DNA of 63,343 nucleotides, counting the filler, from Stramenopiles sp. TOSAG23-6 (lineage: Eukaryota), in assembly GCA_900128565.1 (NCBI GenBank). It is 8 parts of 8 records of this genome, joined end to end, with 100 filler letters (N's around TTAATTAATTAA, not from the genome) between each part and the next. Parts side by side here need not be neighbours in the genome. Positions count along the whole stretch, not along the records: positions 20,246 to 30,244 come from LT636338.1; positions 30,345 to 40,309 come from LT636340.1; 6 more parts are not named here. The stretch is one strand, 5' to 3'. A program made the translations under genes and the position numbers. Each line of letters begins with the position of its first letter. The first letter of the stretch is position 1. This document shows positions 24,956 to 36,720 of this stretch, piece by piece. The notes beneath the pieces are model-generated. The model was not told where the DNA came from and did no database searches. It was given only the letters and a program-made list of their open reading frames with translations.

Positions 24956-25098
24956 TATTTTACTATTATTTCACTATTTTAAAAATATTATTTTTTTGTG
25001 TGTTGAAATGCAAAAATTTATTTGGTAGTACTTACTATAAAGATAATACTTTGTACGAAAGACATNTTTTTCTCCTTTAGCAATTTAAATTAAATAGT

Positions 25099-25770
25099 TT
25101 ATTCAGTTGCGATAGGACTAGATAACATATAATCTCGGATATCATTTGATTGATTTTCAGACATATCTCGTATATAGTTGGATTGATTGTCAGACATTGA
25201 AATGTTTTCAACATCTGGTTCTTCCAATTCATCAACTGTTTTTGCTTTCATATACTGAATAATCATATCTGCACAACCAATCTTTTCCCCAGTGTCCCCT
25301 CTATGATACACCTGTTTACTACGATACCATCCGTGAGGTGTCCATTTATTTAACTTAGGATGTTTCGCGGTGGTATTGAAACTCTTTCCAGCTTCGAAAG
25401 GACACATGGTTGCGTGCTCTTTACAGACATCAATTTTGATATTCAGAAAATTGAACCATGGAAAGCCTGTTTTCCATTTTATTGAACCATCCTGATTATG
25501 ACAATCGAAAGGACACCAATATTGGCTGAACTCAGAAGTAACATTTTTCCCGAAAGTTAAATCACTTGAACCATACTTTGTAATGTACTGGTCTTCACCA
25601 GTATGCAGAGGATCAGGATTCGAAATAATGTTTGTAAAACGAATTCTGCCTTCCTTTGGAATTCCTTCTTCATCCCCACAATCCCGCCATAGAGTAGCAG
25701 AGACAATTGTAGACATACAAATTAACGATAGCAAACCTCGCATTATTTTGAAGTGAGCCAGCCAAGCCAT
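25099..25770 (-). CDS. ML-domain (MD-2/NPC2-like) lipid-binding protein
   Basis: Signal peptide, WRDCG, PDPL..G, DVC...CP..AG, IGC. Confidence 0.75.
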   Translation of the reverse strand: MAWLAHFKIMRGLLSLICMSTIVSATLWRDCGDEEGIPKEGRIRFTNIISNPDPLHTGEDQYITKYGSSDLTFGKNVTSEFSQYWCPFDCHNQDGSIKWKTGFPWFNFLNIKIDVCKEHATMCPFEAGKSFNTTAKHPKLNKWTPHGWYRSKQVYHRGDTGEKIGCADMIIQYMKAKTVDELEEPDVENISMSDNQSNYIRDMSENQSNDIRDYMLSSPIATE

Positions 25771-26159
25771 TAAATTTTGTTCTTTTAGTTTTTGGTATAT
25801 TTTAAGATACTCCGGCCAAGAAGGCTGGCTTGGCCAATGAATGGCTTGGTCAGCTCATATTTTTTCATTTTTTATTTATTTCGTGTTGTAATACTACATT
25901 AACTTAATTTGAAATTAGGCTATTTTATTCTCTGAAAGGTCCATATTCTTTGGGTTGTTACCTTGTACCTGAATGAACGAATTTTTCTTAAAAGATTTTC
26001 ATTATTATTATTATTATTTCATTTGATTTTTCATTAGCATTTGTATAAAGAATAAAAAAAATCTAAAAAATCCAAAAAATGTTGTTTTTATTGATTGGAT
26101 ACATTGGTCATGTAAATTCCATTCAATAATGGTTTCGCTCAATTCGTAAAAAGTCAACT

Positions 26160-28634
26160 TTACATGCATCGAGATACAATATTAAGCAATGGACGTTCCA
26201 ATAGAAAAAAAGTAATAGCTGAAGCTAGATACGCAAATGTAGAATTTATGAAAGTTCTACCTATTAAATCTATACCATCAAAATGATAATATGAATTTCT
26301 ACTACCTGCAATGACCATCATTACAATTGGATGCCATAAATATGCACCGTACGTAAGTCTAGCAAGTGGTACGAAACAATACAAAGACAAAAAATAACTA
26401 ACAGCACCATTCAAACCTGTTTTTGTACCTTCAAACCAAATGAAGCATAGTATTGCAAGAAGAAATGTCCAAAGCGGACGGCTAAATGTTAAATATACTG
26501 CAGATTCAAAAGTTGTCCAATCACCATCAGTATTATAGTCAGTAATTGGAATTAAGACAATGAATACCATCAGACCTAGGGTTATAGAATGTATCAAAGT
26601 GGTCCAATTTGTACTATCGAGCCAAGAATACGTCGAACTATTTTCTCTCACTCTTTGAGGGTTAGAATTACTTTCTATCCGTCTTTGAGATTGTTCTTTT
26701 TGTTCTTGTTCTTGTCCGAGTTGTTGATATTGTTGTTGTGGTTGTTGTCTCAAAGTTTTTTGTTTTTGTTTTTCATTGTAAAACACTCCAAACAAAACAC
26801 CCACTAGATAAGCAGGAATTCTAATATACGGTTTTCCATATAATAAACTTGAGTATTTTGAAAATTTACCACCAAACATATATATATTAAGGTCCCAATG
26901 TGTTATATAATACATACTAATTGACATGGAAGTTAACATAACTACGGTAATAATAGACATTCCAAGGTTACGTCTTAAATACAATAGAGGCAGCAATATT
27001 GCTGTAATGATAAAGAAGACGAAATCACATCCAAGATACCATACCCATCCCATGTAACATAACAAATATGTCAAATTTAAAATTCATTAAGTAGAAATAC
27101 CTTTGGATTATTAGGTCATGAGGATAGGAAAAAAATGAAATTGAACAATAAAAATATAATCCTTAGGTACAAAATTTTGTATACAAAACAATGATAACGT
27201 ACATACAAATATCACCAAAACGTTTCGGATAAAAATCCATTATGTAGAGTAAATTAGACCACCAGTATTTTTCACATGTATTTTTCACAGAAAATTGATA
27301 TCGTACATATATTGTGAAAAATATTTTTTTTGTAAAAAAACTCGTTAGGTACGAAATTTTGTATTAAAAAAAATAACTTCGAACATTTGGAAAAAAAAAG
27401 GTACATACGAAATTATGTAAAAAACAATTAGGTATTATATAAAAAATTATTGATAAAAACCTACATGAAAAGGACCAGTGCCGATAAATTTAGAAACTTT
27501 CATGTAGAATAACATGACAAATGCTAATGCCGGTGTAAGCCGAAAATACCGATATATTAAAACACGTGGAAGCGACCATTGTCCTTTTTTCTTGGATGAT
27601 ATTTTTTTAAGTGATATATACGTAAAAAGGAATCCAGACATCATAAAAAATGTGTCTACAGCAAACTCAGCACCAAATATAGTTTGCATCCATAATTTGT
27701 TTTTTGCACCATACTTTTCAGCAATTTCATCATCCATGTTGTCATATCCCGATATCATACTTGGTATCATCCATGTATGTCCAAAAACAATCCATATCAT
27801 TGATAGAACGCAGACGCCATTGAGTGAATCAGTCTTTCGTTGCACTGCTACGTATTTTGGAAAAATATTTAAAAAAAAAAAAAAAAATGTTAGGTACAAA
27901 AATTTCGTATGAAAAATAAATTCGAAATTAAAAAAAAATAAAACATACACTTTCATTAGATGGTTCCAATTGACTTGTATATCAAATGCTTCAATACTCC
28001 AGTGCCCAAATATTTTCGTTATACAACTTTTTCTCGGTTGAATAGGTGCATATACCTCATTTGGAAGCAAAGAAACCGTTATCTCAGTAGAGTTACCAAG
28101 AACTACATTTTCATCTTGCAAATCAAAAGTTTTCTGAGGTTGTTTTTTGAGAACTTTTGAATTTAATCCTAGGAAAGCCCGTACAAGGGTCACTAATATG
28201 ACAAATGCTGAGAGGACACCGCAAAATATGATCGAAACCCAACTTTTTACATCAGGCTTCATTTCTTCATCTGCAGATAAAATACTTGTAATATTTACAT
28301 TCTTCTGGGTCACATTGTTATGAGCAAGTACATTATGAACGCCTTCAGTAATTGCTTGAAGGCTACATATTTTTGGTAAACAGACACCTAATTCACACGG
28401 AATTCCAGGTACATTAGGCCACAAAGAAGCTGTAAATCCAACTAATGAGTACTGCATTCCGGCTGAATTGACACACATGGAATACCTGCCAGAGTCCATG
28501 GGCAAGTCCTTGCCTGTTGCAAGCAAGATAGTTCCTTTGCTTTTTTCGATTGCTTTCTCACATTCCGGGGAAACATTAGTCCCCATGCATATGTGGAATA
28601 CGAATAGAAAAACAAATACTCGCATGCATTTCAT
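26160..28634 (-). CDS. NRF-6-like O-acyltransferase (acyltransferase-3); introns 27850-27948, 27307-27464, 27052-27202
   Basis: WIVFGH, AVDTFFMMSGFL, RYFRLTP, CEKYWWSNLLYI, CMGWVWYLGCD, LARLTYGAYLWHP, LLERP. Confidence 0.9.
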
Positions 28635-28934
28635 TTGCCGTGGAAGTTAAAATGTTCTAACAGTATTTAGTGTCGGTAAGTCCAAGCAAGTTGTTGAAGA
28701 AAACTCGCTCGGCACCAGGAAAAAAACATCAACTTTGATGATGTCATTTTTTTTTCTAAACGAAAACGAAAACATCAAAAATCAAATGATCCATCATTTC
28801 TTCGAACTTCGAACTTCGACCCGGGAAAATAAAAGAATACAACCTTTCTCTCTTTTCTGAAATATTCGACAACGTTAGCTGGATACTGGTGGATTCATTG
28901 GGCTTATAGATAAACCGAGTGTTCCATCTTGATA

Positions 28935-30038
28935 ATGGCTGATTTCGTAAATGCCACTCGTGGTGAGCAAGATTTTTATTCCGATAATGACGAAAACCAG
29001 CCTCTTAACGTGATGCCTCAAAGTTTTCAACATTCGGCGAAAAAGCAACCTCGCCAACACCAGAAAGATTTTCACTCACAATATGAACAACAGAGTTTAA
29101 ATTACCGAGATTCAGAAAAAAATACATGTACGCCTTTGTCAAATAGTGACCTAGATATGGAGCATGAAGATGGATTCAATTCATCAATCGAAGAACATGA
29201 CTTTGACTCTGTTTGTCATGCAATGCGAAGTGCGGAGAAACACGAGCGTGCTCGCGAGCGAACAAGAAAACCTCAAAATCATAATTTTCATGATGATCGC
29301 CAACCTCATGGACATCCTAACAGACCCGATGGAGTACCTATGCATGCATCAGCAGAAATCGCATGTGTTCGAGATGAATCAGATTTACTCGATTGCTTTG
29401 CTGAACACTTGCCACATATTTTAATAACAGATAAGCACCTTGCACGTAAAGTTTTACGGGCGCATAAGCGCAAAACACTAACAAAACGAGCTTGTACCTT
29501 ATATTTGGCATCTGTGACTGGATTTTCAGCTTTCTATAAAGCACTATCTTTTGTTGGATCTAAATTATTTACCTCAAATCCTTCATTTATTGAAGAGGTG
29601 GACGATGTGCAACAAATTCATCATTCAAGATCAGGTTTATATCATCCTTCATCTCGCAAACGAAAAAATGTGAACCTCCCAGTAGTATCTCATAATGAAG
29701 GTTGGGGTTTTGGAACTTGGTTTCTTTCTGTTTCATGTGCAACAGCACTTAGTGCAATCATTGCAGTCAATGTAACAGATGCAAATAAAGGGTATGAACT
29801 TGAGCTAACTCAGATGGGTCTTCAAATTCTACGAAAAGATTTCGCACAAGCCAAACGTGAAAATGAAGAACGTGAAGCACTCCTTCATCGGCGATATGCA
29901 AGACAACGAAGAAACGAATCTAGTCATAAAAGCCGTGAAGAATTCAGAGATCATCAGTTTTCGAGGCAATCAAAGTATGCCTGTGATGAAAATGAGTTTT
30001 CATTTGATAGTGATGATAAGGATTTTACTCCATACTAG
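28935..30038 (+). CDS. Hypothetical protein with predicted TM segments
   Basis: Long ORF; no family recognised. Confidence 0.6.
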   Translation: MADFVNATRGEQDFYSDNDENQPLNVMPQSFQHSAKKQPRQHQKDFHSQYEQQSLNYRDSEKNTCTPLSNSDLDMEHEDGFNSSIEEHDFDSVCHAMRSAEKHERARERTRKPQNHNFHDDRQPHGHPNRPDGVPMHASAEIACVRDESDLLDCFAEHLPHILITDKHLARKVLRAHKRKTLTKRACTLYLASVTGFSAFYKALSFVGSKLFTSNPSFIEEVDDVQQIHHSRSGLYHPSSRKRKNVNLPVVSHNEGWGFGTWFLSVSCATALSAIIAVNVTDANKGYELELTQMGLQILRKDFAQAKRENEEREALLHRRYARQRRNESSHKSREEFRDHQFSRQSKYACDENEFSFDSDDKDFTPY

Positions 30039-30397
30039 TCCCAAAGGGTAGGGTTTAAATTTCTGATATTTCTTATTTTTCGGGCATTTTTATTGCGTAG
30101 GGTAAATAATCAATTGAAGAGTTGAAGTGGGAGAATTTTTTATTGTGTATAGAGTAAACAATTTTTTTTGTACGAAATTTTGTACCTAACAAATTTTAAA
30201 AAAAATAATTCTAGAGTGTAAGTGGGAAAAATATATGAGAGATTNNNNNNNNNNNNNNNNNNNNNNNNNNNNNNNNNNNNNNNNNNNNTTAATTAATTAA
30301 NNNNNNNNNNNNNNNNNNNNNNNNNNNNNNNNNNNNNNNNNNNNGTACAAAATTTCGTACGAAAAAAAAATCAAATTTGAAAAAAAATAAAACATAC

Positions 30398-31614
30398 ATT
30401 TCCAACTCCCAAACTTCTTTTTGCATAGCTTCCTTTGAACTCACAACTCGTTGAAGTTCAGCTTTGAGATGAGCTCGATTTTGTTTCATCTGTTCAACAT
30501 CTTTAGCACTTAGTTCTTGTGCATCAACCTCAGCTTGAAGTTGAGCCTGTCGTTCTTGACATTCAATCAATTGTTTCGATTTTGCTTCACAATCTTCTCG
30601 TCGATGAGCCAGCTTTTTCTTCATAGTAACGGCATGATCATCTAACTTCTGAATGAGCATTTGGAACTTTTGTAAATCGTTTGTATAATCAGCTTGTTTT
30701 GCATGAAGAGCAGGTAAAGCAGACCCGGAATTTTCCAAAGTTGTTTTTTCTGCAGTGAGTTCTTGTTGCTTTTCTACGCTATCATCAATCTTCATTTGAA
30801 TTGCTTTATTACGATTTTCTTTATCCAAAATTAAATCTTGGAGAAGAGATTCTTCCATAGCATCGTCACCCGCGAGAAATGCTTTGTACGCTTTGCCCAG
30901 ATACTTAAAAAAGATGCGGGCACTCTTTTGTTCGTAGTCAACTTCAGTTTTATCTGTTTCATTTTCTTCAGCAAGGGAGACGGCATCATCGTATGATAGT
31001 AATTCAACAAGCCATGTCAGAGCAGCCAATAGAGCAGGCCATGTGTGTGGTGTACCAACGGCGCTGAGAGCGGTTTTTGATATAGAAAAAGGATAGCTGA
31101 TACCTTTGAACATTAAAGGAACTTCTTTTGTCATTTCCGTCATGGACCGACCGTTCTGATAATTCACGTCTAGTTTTCTAAATAAGAAATGAACAATATT
31201 GTGAAAATCACGATTAGTTGGTCGAAGAACTTGCTTTTTGTTTACAGGATGTTCATATTGGTGAGTAGCTAAATAAGTAATGAGAATATTCGCACACTCC
31301 TCAGTATACTTTTTATCACCAATGGGGCGACACTCTTTCTTCATTTCTGTGTGCATACTTCCATATAAACTTTGACGACGACCGACACCTAGACTGGATC
31401 TGTAATTACCAACACTTGCACGACGATTCTCGCGTAATCGACCACCACCCCCTCGTCGTGCGGGTGCGAGCGATACACGACCCCCGCCACCTACTCGTGG
31501 AGCCATGGACTGACGAGCCTTTGATCTTCGGATAGGTCGTGAACCACCTCTGTCATTATTCCGAAACTCATTAATTGACATCGCCCCTAGAGTTTGTCGG
31601 CGAGATGCACGCAT
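30398..31614 (-). CDS. NDC80: Kinetochore protein NDC80/HEC1, exon 1 (mirror copy)
   Basis: RPIGDKKY, RPTNRDF, YPFSISKTALSAVGTPHTWPALLAALTWL. Confidence 0.9.
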
Positions 31615-31941
31615 TTTCAATAATGTTGTATTTTCAACACTATACTTAATACACTCTTTAGGAATCAATGTAACACTACTAATTATTCAAAAAAAGAAAA
31701 ACAACACGCAAACAAAGAAGAAGTCCAATATCATGAAAAATGAATTCAAATTTTTGATGTTGCCGAAAAACAGCAGATTTCGTGTAGTAAGAGTCAGCCG
31801 CGATTTCAGATTAGATTGGCATTAGGTTAGGTAGTCTACAAGCTATATAGTAATATATGTATCAACCATTACAGTACGCTAACTACTGTAGCTAAAACGG
31901 ACAGAACTCTTTCAGTAGTTGCTTGCAAACCTTTCCATAAT

Positions 31942-33933
31942 ATGGGGAAATATGGGAAAATGAAGCGTAAGCGCAAGCGTAAGCGAGTAGCTGGAATGAA
32001 CCCTCCAGTATCAGCTGCCTGTACTACTGTTTCCGAAAACTCTAATGATCAAGTAAATATAGATGAGCTTTGTTCTCTTCTTACGTATTTATCGAATAAT
32101 AGTGCCGTAGTAGACTATTATAGTTTACACTTTCGACCACTTCGTCGGTCTCTTCGTCCACTTTTAGAGGAATTGTCGATTGTTTATAACTCTTCAAACG
32201 TCACAAAGAAACAGAGGAAGCATAGACAACAACAACATAATTTGAAGAAAAAACAAAAATACATGGTTGAAGAAACTGACTTTAGTATTGATTTATTGAA
32301 TAGTGAGAAAATATTGAGTCAATCCATTAGAACCATTGATGAAGTTGTGTCTGTTCCGGGACTGATCACGACGAAGCCAATGAAGAAACTTCGTAGCACA
32401 CTTACTTACTTTATGCAAGAATATGATAAAGAGAAATCAAGTAGTATGAGTAATCGTATTTCAGTTGCCTTACGAGATGGTTGCCACCGCGACGCAATTA
32501 CTTTATTATCCAAAATGCGGTCAGAAAAGCATCAGCCAAAGTTATCGTCTGTTCAACGTTGGGTGCGTGATGTCATGAATGAGGATAAATTTGCTAGTTT
32601 AGATAACAAAGATGCTGTTAGTTTACTTTATAATATTTGTTGTTTACAGCCTTTATCGTGGTGGTGGATTGAACAAAAAAATCAAGAAAATCAAAACAGT
32701 CAAGTGATAAAACAGAAGAAACAAGAAAATAAAGAAAATCAAGTGGTACAAAAAAAGTGTCACAAACTAATTGAATGGTTTCCTTCATTTGCCGCGGAAC
32801 CTCGGGGAAAACCAATTCCATCTGATCCGCATGACATTGCCGATATACATGCATTTGAATTGGGTCAACAACGCATTCTTGCATCTACTACTACTACTAC
32901 TACTACTACTAATACTAATACGAGTATGGATATTTCAAAAAAGACTAGTACAGATGTCACATTAAATATATATACTGGAAAATATGGAACACGAGAAAGA
33001 GAAAATCTTTGTGTAATGTCTGCATCACACTACGCAAATGCTTTTAAAGTAGTATATAAAGAAAATGGCGGAGATCGCCGTCCACGAAATCGTTATGCAT
33101 TAACAATCTATCAGTCTATAGAATCCATTATTACATATGATATTGATTTAGATAAGCCGAATTGTAGTAAGCAAATACGTACAGACGTACCAAATGTCCC
33201 AGGAGCATTTGTCATTTCAAATATTCTTTCCTTGAATGAATGCAATCAAATTATTGCTGCTGCTGAAGGATCTCCTGATGGGTATGTACCGGATGAACCT
33301 CTCACTTCAGCACCACCACCACCAGGATATACTCCACGAGCACGTAGTTTTATTTGGCTAACAGATCAATTATCAGAAAAGATGTTTGCTCGATGTCGAA
33401 GATTTTTACCACAGACTGTTGGAGATTCAACACTACCAATGACACAAGGGTTAAATGCAAGATTGCGATTATATAGATATCACCCAGGTGCAATTTATCG
33501 ACCTCACGTTGATGGATCTTGGCCAGGAAGTGGTATAAGAATGATGAATAAAAATGTGGATAATGAGCTAGGAATGAATCCTTCCAATATGTTGTCTGAA
33601 TCATTTTCAAAAACAAATCAAATAGAAAAGTATGAATATGATATTTTCGGAGATAGATGGTCACGTTTTACCTTTTTAGTCTACTTAAATGACGATTTTG
33701 AAGGTGGAACAACCAATTTTTATACACCTAGTCCAAATGAAAATATAATGGAAGGAAGAAGAGTTGAACCACGTGTTGGTTCTGTTTTGATATTTCCTCA
33801 TGGAGGATCTGTTGGTAGTATTGTTCATGAAGGGAGTGCAGTAACTAAAGGAGCAAAATATGTAATTCGTACTGATATTTTATACTTAATTCCAGGACAT
33901 ACACGTAAAGTGTGGGGTGAGAATAATGAGTAA
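31942..33933 (+). CDS. 2OG-Fe(II) oxygenase (prolyl-4-hydroxylase-like)
   Basis: RLRLYRY, PHVDG, TFLVYLNDDFEGGTT, HEGSAVTKGAKYVIRTD. Confidence 0.9.
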   Translation: MGKYGKMKRKRKRKRVAGMNPPVSAACTTVSENSNDQVNIDELCSLLTYLSNNSAVVDYYSLHFRPLRRSLRPLLEELSIVYNSSNVTKKQRKHRQQQHNLKKKQKYMVEETDFSIDLLNSEKILSQSIRTIDEVVSVPGLITTKPMKKLRSTLTYFMQEYDKEKSSSMSNRISVALRDGCHRDAITLLSKMRSEKHQPKLSSVQRWVRDVMNEDKFASLDNKDAVSLLYNICCLQPLSWWWIEQKNQENQNSQVIKQKKQENKENQVVQKKCHKLIEWFPSFAAEPRGKPIPSDPHDIADIHAFELGQQRILASTTTTTTTTNTNTSMDISKKTSTDVTLNIYTGKYGTRERENLCVMSASHYANAFKVVYKENGGDRRPRNRYALTIYQSIESIITYDIDLDKPNCSKQIRTDVPNVPGAFVISNILSLNECNQIIAAAEGSPDGYVPDEPLTSAPPPPGYTPRARSFIWLTDQLSEKMFARCRRFLPQTVGDSTLPMTQGLNARLRLYRYHPGAIYRPHVDGSWPGSGIRMMNKNVDNELGMNPSNMLSESFSKTNQIEKYEYDIFGDRWSRFTFLVYLNDDFEGGTTNFYTPSPNENIMEGRRVEPRVGSVLIFPHGGSVGSIVHEGSAVTKGAKYVIRTDILYLIPGHTRKVWGENNE

Positions 33934-34399
33934 CTTGAACTTTATACGAATTTTATACTGATATTATAAAGAAAACTAACTCTTGTCTTTTATATTTGTT
34001 AGGATTTTTAAATGCGGAACAATATTTAAACTTCCTATTAGTATTATTATTATTATGTTGAACTACTCATGTCTCACTCATGTCAAGATGAAAACGTGTT
34101 TTACTATTAATATCTATAACGAAAATCTCCGCTTTTTCGGTCGACGGAGGTTTTAATAATTTTTTGCTCTGACCACTCGCGCTCATCCTGATGACAGAAT
34201 TCGGCCAACCGATATGTCAACATTGGATCGATTGGCTTTGTGTTAACTTAATCATCATAAGTAAATACTTAATACAACTAAACATTCGTTACGTTGTTCA
34301 GTGTTTAGCATCCAAGGATCTGGACGTACCACACCTGCCAGTGGCCAGGAGAGAGAGAGAGTTTTATGAGAGAGAAAAAGTATTCCGCAGAGCTTCAAC

Positions 34400-35520
34400 A
34401 TGGGTGCGAAAAACAAAAAAAAAGCTTTCAAGCGGTACACTCATTCTGCTAAGTCAGGTAACAGTATTTCACAATACAATCTTGGTAAGTGCTATTATTA
34501 TGGTGATGGTGTTGCTGAAGACAAAAAAGAAGCTTTCAAGTGGTTTACTAAATCTGCGAATNNNNNNNNNNNNNNNNNNNNNNNNNNNNNNNNNNNNNNN
34601 NNNNNNNNNNNNNNNNNNNNNNNNNNNNNNNNNNNNNNNNNNNNNNNNNNNNNNNNNNNNNNNNNNNNNNNNNNNNNNNNNNNNNNNNNNNNNNNNNNNN
34701 NNNNNNNNNNNNNNNNNNNNNNNNNNNNNNNNNNNNNNNNNNNNNNNNNNNNNNNNNNNNNNNNNNNNNNNNNNNNNNNNNNNNNNNNNNNNNNNNNNNN
34801 NNNNNNNNNNNNNNNNNNNNNNNNNNNNNNTGGTGTTGCTGAAGACAAAAAAGAAGCTTTCAAGTGGTTTACTAAATCTGCGAATGCTTGTAATAGTTAT
34901 GGACAATTTATGCTTGGCTTATGCTATTTTTATGGTAATGGTGTTGCTGAAGACGAAAAAGAAGCTTTCAAGTGGTTGACTAAATCTGCAAATGCTGGTA
35001 ATAGTGAAGGACAATTTATGCTTGGTGGATGCTATTTGAAAGGTCATGGTGTTGCTCAAGATGAAAATGAAGCTTTTAAGTGGTTTACTAAATCAGCTAA
35101 TGCTGGTAATAGTGATGCACAATTTCAAGTTGGTCTTTTTTATTTTAATGGTGATGGTGTTGCTGAAAATAAAAAAGAAGCTTTCGAATGGTTTACTAAA
35201 TCGGCTATTGCGGGTAATATGCGTGCACAGTATCATCTTGGTTTATGTTATTTTAATGGTCATGGTGTTGATATAGACAAAAAAAAAGCTTTCAAGTGGT
35301 ATACTAAATCGGCTAATTTAGGTAGTAGTGAAGCACAACAAAATCTTGGTTCTTGTTACATGGATGGTAATGGTGTTGCTGAAAACAAAAAAAAAGCTGT
35401 CAAGTGGTTGACTAAATCTGCAAATGCTGGTAATAGTGAAGGACAAAATAAGCTTGGTTATTGCTATTTTCATGGTGTTGGTGTTGCTGAAGACAAAAAA
35501 GAAGCTTTCAAGTGGTATAA
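34400..35520 (+). CDS. Sel1-like repeat protein (gapped, truncated at inversion point)
   Basis: 36-aa repeats AQxxLGxCYxxGxGVAEDKKEAFKWFTKSA. Confidence 0.9.
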
Positions 35521-36254
35521 CCAAGCTTATTTTGTCCTTCACTATTACCAGCATTTGCAGATTTAGTCAACCACTTGACAGCTTTTTTTTTGTTTTCAGC
35601 AACACCATTACCATCCATGTAACAAGAACCAAGATTTTGTTGTGCTTCACTACTACCTAAATTAGCCGATTTAGTATACCACTTGAAAGCTTTTTTTTTG
35701 TCTATATCAACACCATGACCATTAAAATAACATAAACCAAGATGATACTGTGCACGCATATTACCCGCAATAGCCGATTTAGTAAACCATTCGAAAGCTT
35801 CTTTTTTATTTTCAGCAACACCATCACCATTAAAATAAAAAAGACCAACTTGAAATTGTGCATCACTATTACCAGCATTAGCTGATTTAGTAAACCACTT
35901 AAAAGCTTCATTTTCATCTTGAGCAACACCATGACCTTTCAAATAGCATCCACCAAGCATAAATTGTCCTTCACTATTACCAGCATTTGCAGATTTAGTC
36001 AACCACTTGAAAGCTTCTTTTTCGTCTTCAGCAACACCATTACCATAAAAATAGCATAAGCCAAGCATAAATTGTCCATAACTATTACAAGCATTCGCAG
36101 ATTTAGTAAACCACTTGAAAGCTTCTTTTTTGTCTTCAGCAACACCATCACCATAATAATAGCACTTACCAAGATTGTATTGTGAAATACTGTTACCTGA
36201 CTTAGCAGAATGAGTGTACCGCTTGAAAGCTTTTTTTTTGTTTTTCGCACCCAT
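35508..36254 (-). CDS. Sel1-like repeat protein (mirror copy)
   Basis: Same repeats on the opposite strand. Confidence 0.85.
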   Translation of the reverse strand: MGAKNKKKAFKRYTHSAKSGNSISQYNLGKCYYYGDGVAEDKKEAFKWFTKSANACNSYGQFMLGLCYFYGNGVAEDEKEAFKWLTKSANAGNSEGQFMLGGCYLKGHGVAQDENEAFKWFTKSANAGNSDAQFQVGLFYFNGDGVAENKKEAFEWFTKSAIAGNMRAQYHLGLCYFNGHGVDIDKKKAFKWYTKSANLGSSEAQQNLGSCYMDGNGVAENKKKAVKWLTKSANAGNSEGQNKLGYTT

Positions 36255-36720
36255 GTTGAAGCTCTGCGGAATACTTTTTCTCTCTCATAAAACTCTCTCT
36301 CTCTCCTGGCCACTGGCAGGTGTGGTACGTCCAGATCCTTGGATGCTAAACACTGAACAACGTAACGAATGTTTAGTTGTATTAAGTATTTACTTATGAT
36401 GATTAAGTTAACACAAAGCCAATCGATCCAATGTTGACATATCGGTTGGCCGAATTCTGTCATCAGGATGAGCGCGAGTGGTCAGAGCAAAAAATTATTA
36501 AAACCTCCGTCGACCGAAAAAGCGGAGATTTTCGTTATAGATATTAATAGTAAAACACGTTTTCATCTTGACATGAGTGAGACATGAGTAGTTCAACATA
36601 ATAATAATAATACTAATAGGAAGTTTAAATATTGTTCCGCATTTAAAAATCCTAACAAATATAAAAGACAAGAGTTAGTTTTCTTTATAATATCAGTATA
36701 AAATTCGTATAAAGTTCAAG

